64,000 nt of DNA from Botryllus schlosseri (GCA_051294905.1 CM119371.1:19780001-19844000); one strand, 5' to 3'; shown: positions 1-31,894, numbered from the stretch's first letter. Notes: a model not told the origin generated them from the letters alone. Made by a program: numbers and translations.

Positions 1-321
1 TCTCATTGTCACGATGAACGACATCGAAGGAATATTGATCGGAATGATTTCATTCGAAGTTTGCGCCAAGATGGCATTACGTGCAGACACGCGTTTTTGA
101 TGTGATGACGGAGCTTTTCATTGTCACGTTGATCGACATCGAATGAATATTGATCGGACTGATCGGAGTGATTTTATTACAAATTTACGCCAAGATGAAA
201 TACGTGCGGACACGCGTTTCTAACGTGATATGACGCAACGTCTCATTGTCATGTTAAGCGAAATCGAATGAGTATTGATATGTGTAGTTTACGCCAAGAA
301 TGCAGCACGCGCGGAAACGCG
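1..321. repeat. Degenerate tandem repeat, about 120-bp unit, about 3 copies (may continue left of the window)
   Basis: The unit 'tctcattgtcacg..gacatcgaa.gaatattgat...cgccaagatg...cgtgcggacacgcgttt' recurs at 1, about 115 and 241. Confidence 0.8.
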
Positions 322-707
322 CTACCTACATAAGACTTCAACCGAGTGCATTTCAACAGGTCTGGCAATAAGGTACACGGGCGTGGTATGGGGAGTGAAC
401 AGCCTTATTTCAGTCTGAGAACCTCAAATGTCCAGGGAAGTGCTTTTTTCGCACTATAAAATTCGCTTTATTCTGCTGTCGATCGCTAAACAATATTGAA
501 AAGAAATGTGCACTGACGTGCAACATTAAAATTGTATTTTGATATTCTGAGCTATTTATTTTGTGGCAGACCGAAAATTAAACAGCGTGATGTGCATCCT
601 TTGCTGGGTTTGGATATCGACCATGATTGTCAGAATCACCTGCCATGAAACAACATTATATCAATACCATCAAATGTTATGCTACTTATGTTGACATAGA
701 AATAGAA

Positions 708-822
708 ATGAATAGCTTGATGAGCAGCATTTGCTTGGTTTTTGTGCTGACCATGACGGTCGGAGATGTTCCAGGACTCAGCACCTACATGCCACTGAAA
801 CGCGTTTTTCCAGAATTTGATT
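708..822 (+). CDS. Candidate first exon of a small secreted peptide precursor
   Basis: ATG at 708 gives MNSLMSSICLVFVLTMTVGDVPGLSTYMPLKRVFPEFD (hydrophobic N-terminus, KR site), followed by a gtgagt donor at 823. Downstream exons are uncertain. Confidence 0.3.
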
Positions 823-1733
823 GTGAGTAAAATACACGATCTGCATCTAAATTATAAGTCAACCATATATTACCATATATCAAACTTTCTTGGTCCAGAT
901 ATGCCACGTGGAAAATGTAAATTGGCAGAATATTCAAATAATATACCTATTATTGACTAGCCTACTCATTGGAAATTATTTGCATCTTCTATGCTCCAGT
1001 TTGATACTGTATGACGTTTGTGTTTTGCACATAGAGCATACTTGCAACGAGAAAATTAATTCATTTTGTATTTCCATAGGAGGATTTTGAGAATAAGAGG
1101 ACGGACGCTGTACGGAGGAATCGATCTCTGCAATCTTGGATGTTACAATTTGAATTCGTCTAAAAATATATCATTTGTATATATTACATTAGCATATATG
1201 TGAACAATGCGATATCAAGTATGTCACCGCGAACATTGTATACGAAAATAAATTTTCAAGTTTATATGGAAAAATGCATTGAATTCGCGATTGCTCTTGA
1301 AATTCCCGCAGATGTGATGATGGTTGGTATGTATAACTGTTCATTTGTGCAGCACCGAAGAAAAAACTATGGGTAATATTGCGGTTTTGTTATTGGCATA
1401 TCCAATTCGATTTCATTTCGAAATGTAAGTGATTGAAATGCACTCGTACACAGGAATCATCTAACTTTCAGTAATGGCAAAAGTATCTGCGACAATAACT
1501 TATAGGATGCGGGCAGTAGGAAATGACAGCATTTTCAGCAACCATCAATGATGGTTCATCATATATAATGACGTGGGATACACTTTTACGACTAAACGCC
1601 GTGCGAGTTATATATCCATGTATCTAGTTTCGGTCAGTCTATCCTGAATCGCCTGCCATCAGTGACATCGCTCGTCCTTTAGTAAATCTCATCTTAGTCG
1701 ATGAAATGAATCACGATAGATTTTACCATATAG

Positions 1734-2118
1734 TAGGGTTACCATGTTTTGGAATCGGGAACGGAGGGCACTCTTTCAAAATTTTCAGACTTACAATACT
1801 GTGGAGTGAAATCCGGAAAATGGTAAATTTATCACGAAGGGTTAGGTTCCCGGCTCGACTCCCGAAATACAGTTTTTCTCTTACATTTTCCGTTGGTTGA
1901 CTAAAAATTGGTCGTCGTACACGTTAGTTCCACGAATTTCCTGTTTAGCGTCATTTATGCCCGTTTACACTCGAATCTTTCCATCACCTTAGCTCTAAAG
2001 GCTGTGAAGGAGGACGAATTACCAAAATGGAGGACATTTAGGCGTCCTCAGAGGACATTTTCCAAAAACCTGAAAAGGGAGGACAAATCCTACTAACGGA
2101 GGACTAATGGTAACCATA
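1734..2118. mobile_element. hAT-type MITE (TAGGGTTACCAT TIR family)
   Basis: TIRs TAGGGTTACCAT / ATGGTAACCATA. 8-bp TSD CCATATAG at 1726-1733 and 2119-2126. Relatives at about 15794, 31992, 58924 and 62396. Confidence 0.85.
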
Positions 2119-3727
2119 CCATATAGTTCCCGCTGCCTCACTGGCACTACATCCATCTACGCTAGTGAGTCTCGAGGTTTTCTATATGAAAGCAGAGCAA
2201 TAAATATGAATTAAATGTAAGTCGCGTCAAGCGCGAAAAAAATTCAGTCGAGCTCAGTTTCGCAACCCCTTCAGATGCTTTCACGCCCCGAAGGGGGCGC
2301 GCCCCCCAGTTTGAGAACCAATGCCTTAGAATTATCATGGTGAAATATACCAAGAAAAAGTTTAATCAAGTCCTTACATTAATTCAGTTTTTAGTACGCA
2401 TTTTAGCAATAATTCTAACCCTACTCCCGCGGTCGGCCTCCAGGCCAAATTTTAATGCATCAACCAAAAAGTTCATAAAACGCGAACAACGTGACCTGAA
2501 CCGACACCTGATATATCGCCGTGATCAGGAAACAGCAAACTAACCAACTGAGCTACTCGGAGCGCTCAGGTGAGAGAGATGACGATGATATTGAAACCAG
2601 TCTACGCGATTTCTCGAAAGTGAAAGAGAAATTTGTTTTTCGTTTTCACGTGACGTGATACATAATCCTTCCCATGGTGAATGACCGCGTGGTTGTCTTA
2701 CATATCAATTTCGGCATTCCAACAAGACATTACTGAGCTTGAAATCTTTACGCAGCCGAGCGCACCGCGACTGGGAAGTTTTTTATGTAGACGTGTTTCT
2801 GTTGTTAAGTGATTAGTTGGTCCAACTATTTTGCTCGATTTGGCTATGGTACCATATAGGTCCCCCACCCTATAAATATTGCAATTGGATTGAAAATAGT
2901 CCACTCGACGATGTTAGTGATTAAAAAATATGTGCCTTTATATACCCTGATACAAGCCCTATAATTCACATCAAAAATTAATGCGGGGTTGTTAATCTGG
3001 AAGGTGATAGAGAAAATGTATATGTCGATCCAAATTTAATTTGGACCCCCTAAAACTTAAATCATTTGTCACAGACCGCCTTAACTCACGCATGCCAAAG
3101 ATTTTTTTGCATGTGAGGAAAGATTTTGCCAGCATGCAATTGTAGACAAAGACAAAGTCACGTACTGTAATCATGAGATTATCACATAGAATTTTTCAAA
3201 TATATTCGGTCCCAGTGTCTCATCGGTACCACATCTCCCCTATATAGCTCGCTAGAAGAAATATCTACGTAGCTGTTCAACTGAATATTTTGAGGGTTGC
3301 AACCATCCCACACCGATCTACGTCAGCTATATCGGGTGGTAAGTGTCCGTATGCGCTCGTACAATATGTTTTTGGAAAGTATTTGCATGGCATGATTTTA
3401 CAAGTCGAATAAAAAACATTTTTAAAAGCAGTGTTTTAAACAAGATTTGTTTCAAATGCAACCCTTATTACAACCTTGCAAATGGTGTATGCTCGGTGAC
3501 GCAATAACATTGCAATGATTTCTATGCAACATATTGCATAACACATTTCGCGTTTCAAGTTGGCCAATGCCTAGTAAGCGAGAATATGCAACATAGCCGT
3601 CGTTATGCAAAAGAATCGAATACGACCGGGACAATTTGTTATAAAATCACCATCAATAGTACTGTATATACTGGGATAACAACTACGATTACCGTACTAA
3701 TCATTATGGCTATTCAGCAGAACTCAC

Positions 3728-3800
3728 GCCTCTATGGCGCAGTAGGCAGCGCGTGGGTCTCATAACCTCAAGGTCGTGCGTTCGATCCTCTCTCGGGGCA
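3728..3800 (+). tRNA. tRNA-Met(CAT), elongator type, degenerate (possible pseudogene)
   Basis: GCCTCTATGGCGCAGTAGGCAGCGCGTGGGTCT-CAT-AACCTCAAGGTCGTGCGTTCGATCCTCTCTCGGGGCA closely follows metazoan elongator tRNA-Met and is followed by a T-run. There is one mismatch in the acceptor stem and two in the T-stem. Confidence 0.8.
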
Positions 3801-3936
3801 TTCTTTTTCATTCCTAAGTCGGGGCCACGACTAAAATTTGTATTACTCTTCTACTAAATTTCTGCGTCATAATAAGGCATCAGACGATATTCCCCACATC
3901 GCAACCCAGTATTCCTAGCCTGTATGGTATTTCTAC

Positions 3937-4942
3937 TAGGGATGGTGCGAACCTCTGAAAGGTTCAGGTTCGTGTGAACGCGAACCTTTTTGAAAGGTTC
4001 TGTGTGAACACTAACGTGAACCTCATGACGTCACGTGACGTCATATTGCTAATTCCAATCCTATCTTTCAGCGAAGTGATAGCCTATATCGTACAGTGTA
4101 CAGTACACTGTACACAATATCTAGCGACGACTCGGGCCACATAATGCCACAATGCTGAGGTACATATTGGCGTTTTAAACGCCGCTGAATGTATCAACTG
4201 AGGCAATCAAATGATATAATAATCTCATAAATCAATATTTTCCGTCGCTTAGCCAACAATTTCGACGACGACTTACCAGGGAATAAAAGCTTACGCTACG
4301 CCTTAACGGTCTAGCCCAAACCGGACAATGTATTCGGCGTCTGAGTATTGCTACATTGATATCAAGCAGAGTGTAAAAGAGGTTCCTATACTTACTACCG
4401 ATTTTACTCAATTAACAAGTTATACAGCAGTAGCCAACACCTCAACCGTACGGATTTGGATTTAATGACACAGTGAACCCATGCAGTCAAAATTGACCCT
4501 GAACCCCAGCTAGAATTTTTACATCAGAAAATGATATTTATCTCATTGATTGGTGGAGTAAGCATCATTGCTGACTACGCATTTCGCTCGTGATGTTGTG
4601 TGATTGCGGGTCAAGCTCACAGCAGAGAGTCACTAAATGTTCACAAAGGGTAACAAAGCTGGATATTTCGAGCAAACATTTGTAACAAAGCAAGTAAAAC
4701 TTTTGAAATTGTCAAGGTGCATGGTCGTTTGGTCGTTTACTGTTGATTTTTATACTGCCAGCGCCCTGCAATATAATGCAATAAATTTGAACGAAAAATG
4801 TCATGATGAAGTGAAAATTATAATATACGCGAAAGGTTCACAGTGCAGAACCTACCAAGGTTCTGTTGTGAACGTGAACCTCTAAATTTCCGAGGTTCAC
4901 ACACAGAACGCGAACGTGAACCTCGCGTTCACACCATCCCTA
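3937..4942. mobile_element. hAT-type MITE, about 1 kb (TAGGGATGGTG TIR), copy 1
   Basis: TIRs TAGGGATGGTG.GAAC / GTTCACACCATCCCTA. Perfect 8-bp TSD ATTTCTAC (3929-3936, 4943-4950). Subterminal GAACCT/AGGTTC repeats. Homologous to 31074-31894. Confidence 0.93.
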
Positions 4943-5436
4943 ATTTCTACCATATTTTCGTGGCTACTCCAAGATTAGAATTATTACCATCATAGAAGGC
5001 AACCTAATAAGCATATATATGATATTGATCGGGTCAACTATGGATAACTAACCTACGGGTGGATCTGAGACACGTGGCCGGACGGTTGGCAACCATAAAG
5101 GTCTAGCAATTTTTGACAGCTTCTAAACGGCGGATTACATGGTAATATGGAATAGCTTGCGACCCGGGAGCAAACTCTGCTGTTGTTCTGATCCCGATAA
5201 TATAAACTTTGATCTGGCCACAGACTTGTACAAACTAAACATTTAGTTTGTTGAGGGTCAACTAGCTAAGGGTCTTTTAAGTAGTTCTAGTTGTCGTTCT
5301 AGTTGCTGATTTCGAAAATGAAGTAGTTGTAGTTCTAGTACGAGTTGCGGATTATGATAATTGAGTCGTTATAGTTGCAGATTTGAAAAAAATAATTGTT
5401 GCGGAACTACTAGAAAACATGTGTCTAGGTCTTGGG

Positions 5437-6639
5437 CAGGGCCGTAACAGCACATCGCCAGTTCCCCAAACTTTTTTCGTGGGCCCCCCATAGGGTTATA
5501 GACCGAAATTCTGGGGGGCGAAGCCCCCCAGACCCCTTCTCCGGCGATGCCCTGTTTACCGCTATTTATGATATGCGTTGGGAGTTTGTGTAGCGAATCA
5601 GCTTTTGTCGCCTAAGCGCTCGAAGCGCGGGAAATTTCTATTAGTAATGACTGAATCGGTCAGTATGATCGGGAATTGCATATTTTTTCATCAATTTTTA
5701 TCTTCTCTCTGCTCACGTAATCAGATTTGCCGGTAGAGCTGAGTGAGGTGTGTTTGAAAAGGTAGGACCACTCAATAATAATTAAACATCTTCGGGCGTA
5801 TACTCGTTGGTAGGAACGAAACAGCACCTCGTCAGGTCCCCAAAAACGTGGGTCTTGGGCTCCCATAGGGTGATGAAACGACCCCTCCATCACGTTGTTC
5901 GCGTTTGTCACGAAATCATCTGTACTGTATTGTGAGCCAGTGCGAAGCGCGAAAATTTTCGATAATTTATGATAAAATCGGTCAATCAGATCGGCGATTG
6001 CATATGCTATCAATTTATTGTCTTTTCTACTCACGTAATTAGATTTAGCGGTAGAGCTGAGTGAAGTGTCTTGAAAACGGGAGGGCACGTAAATAATAAT
6101 AATTAAACATCTTCGGGCGGGTGGACCCGTTGATATGACTTCGTTACATGATGCTATTTCGTAACTTCCAGTCTGCTATATCAAAAAATATAGAATCGCC
6201 CAAACGTAGGCTTCTAAACTAAGAAACGCACACGATTTAAAATTGGTATTTCTTCACTGGCATAAATTTTTCCCCAGCGGGATGGTATTTGTCTTGTGAG
6301 GTTCAGATTGCATAGACAGGAACATTCGGCGCCAGTCATTTAGGCGTCTATATATGGACAATTAAACCTATATGTATTTTGTATATATAACGAAGTCTTT
6401 GGTCAGCATAAGGGCATAGACCCTTTCGGCCAAGGTCTTCTCGCTGCCGATCGTTCTGGCACACTTCTTGGAGTCGCATGTTATATGGCCTAAAACTTGA
6501 TTGTATGTCTTTTTGAAAAATTGTATAAATTTCCAAAAATACTCTATGATTTATGCTAATTCACGAAAAAATTTTGGGCCCCCTTCGAGCTCGCCCCCCC
6601 CCCAATTGGGGGGTTTGGGGTGCGGCAGTTACGGTGCTG
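5437..6639. mobile_element. Non-autonomous DNA transposon (CAGGGCCGTAAC TIR), 8-bp TSD
   Basis: TIRs CAGGGCCGTAAC / GTTACGGTGCTG. TSD GTCTTGGG/GTTTTGGG. Internal duplication of about 180 bp. Second copy at about 14990-15698. Confidence 0.8.
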
Positions 6640-6734
6640 GTTTTGGGCGAATTGATATGCCGGTGCTTTGTTGAATGATGTTCAGGCACTGTGCAAGTGT
6701 GCAACCATTGATCGCTCAGAGTCATCACTGCTAA

Positions 6735-7255
6735 TAGGGCTGGGCAAAATCGAGAGGGCTACCTGAGTGATTCGACTCTGAATCACGCATTATATGCTTT
6801 GAGTCGAGTATTCGAGTACCACTCCTTATGACGTCATAAAAGGATATAATATGTCATAGTTCAAATATGTGCCTTTTATGCTACTACAAAGAATACAAAG
6901 GCTGTTATCCATTACATTGAAGATACTTTGGTATACTTTTCGGCCATATCGATGTCAATGCACTTTTTTGACGATGTTGTGGGATGATCATGTCTTCGTA
7001 AATGTGCTATTTCTATAGTAATGTTCTTAGCTTTTTACTATGTTTTGTGTGCTGCGATACTGACAATCAAGCTTTCAAGGCTACCTCAGTGGAAAATAGT
7101 ATCGTAAATTGAAGTCTCGGTGTTAAATTAACTTTCAGTGGCGAGGAGCGTATAATTTCAGAACTCGAAAAAATCGTATTGTACTGCTCGACTCGAATCA
7201 TTAAAATTATTACTCGATTCAGATTCGAGTACTCGAATAATTGTGCCCATCCGTA
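6735..7255. mobile_element. hAT-type MITE (TAGGGCTGGGCA TIR)
   Basis: TIRs TAGGGCTGGGCA / TGCCCATCCGTA. Perfect TSD ACTGCTAA (6727-6734, 7256-7263). CTCGA/TCGAG subterminal repeats. Confidence 0.85.
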
Positions 7256-9561
7256 ACTGCTAACAGTGATGTAGCCAGCGGGTGGCTTTTTGGGTCGGAA
7301 TCTTCCATTTTAAACTCGAAACCCCGTTCTTTTGAAATGTAGATTCAATGTCTGATATCTGCAATAACATAAAAAATAATGTGTTGACTAGGAGAATGAA
7401 ATCCAGCTCAGTACAATTCTGAACCTTCTATGACTTGGGAACCCCTACGTCGCACCGTACGTTTGCACTATATTCGGCGGTGTATTAATTTCTCATAATT
7501 AATAAATTGGAGGCAATGAAATACGTGGTTAACACGTAGCTTCTGGGTGGATGTGTTACTATAAGGCAATTAACAATTTAGAGTCGAAGTACAAATATAA
7601 TATTTTTCCCGCGTAATTATTCAAAATAATGGTAAACAAGAAACATTGTTTACTCTTTTAATCACACCAACCCATAGACTCGTCCTTACATTAAGACACC
7701 AAAATGTATATGGGATATTACGGTTTGGTCACAATCCCGAGCGGTGTGTAGCTTGGTAAAATCGTCCTGTTGTTTTGGTAATTTCGCAGGCAGGTTTTCC
7801 GAATTCGTCTTCTCGCAGCCTCAGCCGAATGACTGCATGCTTATGTCATAATCCCGACTTAAATTAACCCATGATACATCGACTTTATTATCAATATAGA
7901 TTACGACAGGGATCAGCTATCTCTGGCACGCGTGCCAAAATGGCACGCAAGATGATTTTTCATGGCACGATAAATGATTTGATGTGCATTAATTTAATCA
8001 TTTTTGTTGAAAAAAGTGAAACAAAAGTTTTCAAAATGAAAAAAGCTCGAAAGTGAATCCAAATTATTTCGTAAATCAACATGAAGGATAGGGGTCGATT
8101 GGGACTGATTTTTTCAAAATTTTCTCTGCACTTCCCACGTATAGTCTGTATTTGGCCCGCGGGCGACGTGTTTGAGACCCCTGTGCTTGCATATATTAAT
8201 ATATTATACCAGCGCTAGTTGGTGATTTCAAGGGAAAACGATATGACAAATATCGCGATGAAATTAAGAACACAATAGCAAGTGAACAGCACTATTCAAC
8301 TCGTGATGAAGCAACTTGACGAAATTTGTAATGGCGTAACACACTGATACAAACCATTCGCATTTAAGATGTCCCTGGTGACCCGATCTCCCAATATGGA
8401 TGGCAGCATTGTCAGAGTTCGATGCCATAATCTTCCCACATCAGTTATCGTGTATCGAATAGATGGGTGGGTACGATATAGTCTCATATTTAAAGTTCAT
8501 CGCGGTCGAAGCCTAATACTCGCTCTTTGCCCATGAAATACCTTGCCCATGATATTTGATAATTGTAATAGCAGAATCCCAAATCTTTCAAGCAGGATGG
8601 TGCCTTTCTCGTTCACAGAAGTCTTTTGTGAGCAGCAGGTTTATCATCCTCATCGTCATCACCATAATCATCATCCACCTCCTATATTTTCTGAGGCAGC
8701 GTTCCAGATAATGATGACTTCAAGGAATTCTATACATTCTCGTCGGTACATTTACCATCATTCTATATCACGACGACATAGTTCACAAGGTAGAGCAATT
8801 CACGATAAAACTCGTATCGATGAATTCACGTCAGAACTATCGGACCACAAGCTACCGAAAGAAAATCCCAAGAACCATAAAATCTACAGGCCCAGTATGA
8901 CATTTTGTTCGATACTGAGGACGATCATGGTGACCTACAATCTATCCCAGTGACAGAGCTCGATAAGCGACTGGAAAGTTGGTAAGTGCTTGACATACTG
9001 TAGCTCAAACAAAGATTAAAATATTCAACGGATGACGAACTCCATCTATGATTATTCTGCCGGACTGCGGGCCAATTAGCAAAGTCGAATTGCATGTTCA
9101 CTGCATCGTGGCATTACATCACATGCTTATTGAATTACGTGTGAATGGCTGCATAAGCCTTCATCGATGGCCGCATGTTGGACACCTGCTGACTATACTA
9201 GTTCATTTCGGAACGTTATAGCTTCACACGAAATCGAGACTTTCGCGATAAACATGTTTTTGAAACTATCATTGCCTCATTTGTCAAAGCGGCCATGCTT
9301 CATTTGCTTACCTCTTGAAATATTCTATTACAAACGGGACTTTCTGCTAATTCGATACAAACGTTTTCCCATGACGCATACGGTTACAGGTGAACCGAGA
9401 CTATATAAATCCTTAACCGAGCCGACCTGATATAGCATCAGTTGAGGTTCAACTAGCTCGTCAGGTGCAGAGTTTAGCAAGCTGTTGTTACATATGGTAG
9501 AGCAGAGGTGGTCAAAGCAATTATCGTAGATCCTCAAGTTGAAGTAGAAGTAATGTCGTAA

Positions 9562-9834
9562 ATGAGTGCCAAATAGCGTAGTGGTATAATCCACAGCTGT
9601 TACACCAATGGGTTGCGGGGTTCGAGTCCGACTGAGGTAATCTCATCTCCAGACTTCCTATATAGATGGTGCAGGTGTATCTAGGATCCTCCTCGTCATC
9701 TCATCCCTGTAAGCAGTGTCTTATAAAAGCCTAGAAGTGGGCAGTGCGACAGGTCGGCATCTGCGTAATAAAAAGTGAAGAAAATTGGCCTGGTACCACA
9801 GTAGTCGACAAACACCATGAATACCAAAAACAAC
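9562..9834 (+). mobile_element. tRNA-derived SINE, family A
   Basis: A-box TAGCGTAGTGG, B-box GGTTCGAGTCC, shared body, and the tail 'caccatgaatacca..caac' also seen in 5 other copies. Confidence 0.85.
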
Positions 9835-11300
9835 GTCTTAAAAGTCTACTCTGGTAATGGTACAAGTAGCGATGTCAAAGTAAGCGAACCAAGTAGGCCT
9901 ATAGTTTCCCCCAAAAACTGAATACTGCTACGTAGAATTAAGTAAACAAAAGCTACTACGAAAAAGTGGAAGTACCTCGTTACTCACCCCCTCTGTATTT
10001 CGGATCAGGATTCGAATCTGTCCGATGAAAAAATCCTAATCCAATCCTGAGTCCTAATCCAATCCGGAGAATGCGGGACCGAATACACTGTGCTACGAGT
10101 AGCTCAAGTACTGAAACCCAAGTCGTCGATGATTTTAACATTATACCTCATCAAGACAATACGGCAGGCGTTCCTAATCTTTTTCAATCGCGGACCCCTT
10201 CAAGTTTTATGGGCTGTCGCGCGTACCCACAAAATCCTAAAAGTCGATGATTGGGAGATAATAACGTCAAGCCCAACGCTATTTCGGGCTTAAAATTAGA
10301 TAACTAATGACTAGACAAGGTTACTTACAGTCCCAATCACGACATCATTCTCAAAGGTTATTCAGGTGATGCAATTTCTCGGTGATGTATTGTCCTTTCA
10401 CTGACCCCCTAAAACTAGTTCGCGGACCCCTAATGTTTCCGTGGACTCCAGTTCAAGAACCCCATGCATAAGAGTTACGTGCAATGCGAAACGCCGCGTC
10501 ATAGACGTTCATACGAAACATGAAAGTTAACGAAAAAATTCAATTTTATCAGTTATAAATTCTGAATTATTTGTTTTTCCTGACCCCCGGTACCCGGGCA
10601 AAAATACTAACTCGGTTCCGTTCTGATCGATTCATATTATTAGTAATTTCATCATTTGAAAACACCACAACATCGCGATAAAATAAAAAAAATTAAAAAA
10701 ATACGAAACTACCTGAAGTCGTCTTTTAATAAAACAGAACCTAATACCCGAAGAAAAACAAGCATAGAAATTGATTAAAAATGAAAAGAAGATAATACAA
10801 TATGGAGAAGAGATGAAAATGAAGAGGCATGCGGTTGTCGATTTAGATGTCCCATCGCGGTCAGCTAATCTCGAGCGCAGAGCAGTATTTATTCAATAAC
10901 ATCGCCTTGAACTTTGGTTTGAATGTGGATAACGGATATGCTCGACGACTGTCGGATTTCCGACGACTGTCGGATTTCCGACGAAATACTGATCCACAGT
11001 CGAGGTCCGCCAAAGTAGATAGAGCGATGTGTTCTTTGCAAAAAGTTCTTGACATATGGTAATGGTAATTATGCGCTTCACTTTTTGCGTGTATAGTGCC
11101 CACAATGGAGCTGATACATAAACTTAGCAATTTCAGGATTCCTCACATCTTGTATGTTTAGAAGACCAAAGCCTTTGAGCGAAGAATTGTTGGTAGCACA
11201 TCCTGACCCCTTAAAGTCCCAATAAGCTAATTCACGGAGAACTAGATATTATGCTTTCGCAGTGGGCAAAGTGTCTTCTCACCAGCAACACCGCAGTAAG

Positions 11301-12448
11301 CAGGGCTGTGGAGTAGGAGTCGGAGTCGGAGTTTTGCTAATTTTTCGCTTAATGGAGTCGGAGTCTCAAACTTTTTTAGCACGCTTTGGAGTCGGAGTCG
11401 TGAAACTATGGTGGCTGCAGTGGGAGTAAACTCACTGCATGGAGTAGGGGTAAGAGTTTATAAAAATTACTCCGACTCCCACTATACCATCTTTATTATG
11501 ATAACAATTGCTTTCAATGCTATCTTTAAATTCCTAATGTTAACCTAAATAGGATTACTACTGCCGATCACTGTTATTAGTAACGATATTGATAAAATTG
11601 AACACTATTTGAAAATTATTTCAATTCAGTTGCAATAAGAGGAAGAAAATCGCAATATGCATCTTCGCGACGCGTCACAAATCGAAGCAATGTTTGAAAT
11701 TATACCCCGATACTGGCACAGAGTAAATACAACGTCTGGTTCAATAAAATTCATGTATATATATACAAAAAACGGCCTTTCACTTGACAAAATTAAAAAT
11801 ATTTGAATTTTAGCTCAGCTGCTTCGGTCGAACAAATGATTAGGGAAGACTGCGAATCCTAGTCTTTGAATACTTGCAAAGTGCATGTAGATGGACATAT
11901 CCTTTTTGATTACTTCCCAAATTCCGTTTATTAGTAGTGAGAATGTGGGTGCTTGTAATCGATATACTCTGTAATGAGTAAATTAGTAAGTTACATCTCT
12001 GTATGAGTTGCTGATTCATAGACAAGAGCTACACCTCGATTGTTTTATATACATTTGAATTATACAGGATTGGATATATGTCATCTTTGAATAATTCATC
12101 ATATCAGGGTATTAGAGAGTCCATGTTACAAAAACTTATAAAATATGAAAAAGAAGGATAGCTAGGAAGGCATTCTTCCATGTTGATTGAATAGTGAATA
12201 ATTTGAGCTGTACCGCAATGAAACAATATTGCGTGCCATGGTTAATCATATGTTTGAATATGTGCAATGGTTATATGACGATCATTCAACCGTCACTGTG
12301 ACATTTAATTTTCGAAGAAAATTGGTAATACCCTTGGGGTTCTCTTAAGAAAATAGACGGAGTCGAAGCCGGAGCCGGAGCGAAGTCGGCACGTTTCAAG
12401 ACTCAGTAGTCGGAGTAGGCGGTTAAGTTTACCGATTCCACAGCCATG
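11301..12448. mobile_element. hAT-type MITE with GGAGTC subterminal repeats
   Basis: TIRs CAGGGCTGTGGAGT / ATTCCACAGCCATG. Many GGAGTCGGAGTC repeats. TSD is degenerate. Confidence 0.75.
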
Positions 12449-12667
12449 TCAGTGCGAAATAAGATATTGTAGATTTAATGAAAGCGAGTAGGAATAGAGT
12501 ACCAGAAGAACCCGAAGCGGCATGAAACTTATCCGACGGTAAAACATATCATATTCATGCGACTACGGACCTTGTTTATGAAAAAAACCTTTTTAGGATT
12601 CCAGTCTTGCTGGAACAAAAAATACTGATCCTGTAGTTCTCTATCAACAGAGTTGGCTCCCTCAGTA

Positions 12668-30829
<18,162 letters not shown>

Positions 30830-31073
30830 TTTCTTAACCCGCCCGATCGCAGAAGAACATTGCTTTTCAGAATGAATGTTTTGCATGAATGTACTTGTGG
30901 AAATAATACAATCACTTCACTTGTGTCGAAAGGACGTCATGAAATTAAAGTTCAGTGTCTCGTTGAGCTGCGAATTCCGTTCGATTTTATTTTATTGTCA
31001 CCTACATATCGTATTCCATGTGTCGGGGCGACGGTATTTACTGGAGTGATTTCTGCCGTTACCGAGTACTGAC

Positions 31074-31894
31074 TAGGGATGGTGTGAACGTGAAGTTCAC
31101 GTTCGCGTTCTGTGTGTGAACCTCAGAAATTTAGAGGTTCACGTTCACAAACGAACCTTGGTAGGTTCTGCCCTGTGAACCTTTTTCATATATTACAATT
31201 TTCACTTCATTATAACGTCTTTGGTTGAAATATATTGCATTTCAACTGCGGGCCACTCTATACCTGGCGCTGGCAGCATAAAAAAAATCAACACTAAACG
31301 AGCATGCATCTTGACAATCTGAAAAAATTTACTTGCATTGTTACAAAGGTTTGCTCGAAATATCCAGCTTTCCGTTTGTGATTATTTAGTGACTCTCTGC
31401 TATGAGCTTAACCCGCGATCACACAACATCAAGAGCGAAATACTCTACATATAGGTAGTCAGCTGATGATGCTTATTCACCCAATCAATGAAATTGATAT
31501 CGTTGTCTGATGCAAAAAATCTAGCAGGCGTACGGGGTCAATCTTGATTTCAAATGTTTATTGTATAATAAAAAACAAATTCTTGGGGTGTTGGCTACTG
31601 CTGCATAACTTGTTAAATGAGGTAATATAGGTAGCAAGTAGCCTATATAAGGCCATTTTACACTCCGCTCAATATCAACGTAGCAATATTCAGACGGCGA
31701 ATTGGCCGGTCTGGCCTAGACCGTTAAGGCGTAAGCTTAGGCTATCACTTCACTGAAATGTAGGGTTGGATATCGGAATTAGCAATATGACGTCACGTGA
31801 CGTCATGAGGTTCACGTTCGTGTTCACACAGAACCTTTCAGAAAGGTTCGCGTTCACACGAACCTGAACCTTTCAGAGGTTCACACCATCCCTA
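31074..31894. mobile_element. hAT-type MITE (TAGGGATGGTG TIR), copy 2, inverted relative to copy 1
   Basis: Perfect TSD GTACTGAC (31066-31073, 31895-31902). Homologous to 3937-4942. Confidence 0.93.

Noticed and set aside
1..321. Regularly spaced repeats as CRISPR
   Set aside because: Whole units are homologous with no unique spacers, so this is a minisatellite.
5660..6088. 142-aa ORF with an internal repeat
   Set aside because: It lies within a MITE with an internal duplication and has no recognisable domain.
8543..8953. 136-aa His-rich ORF as a real protein
   Set aside because: The His run comes from a (CAT)n-like low-complexity tract, the start is non-ATG, and no domain is recognisable.
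9570..9640. SINE heads as tRNA genes
   Set aside because: They have A/B boxes but no proper cloverleaf, and they continue into a shared SINE body and tail.
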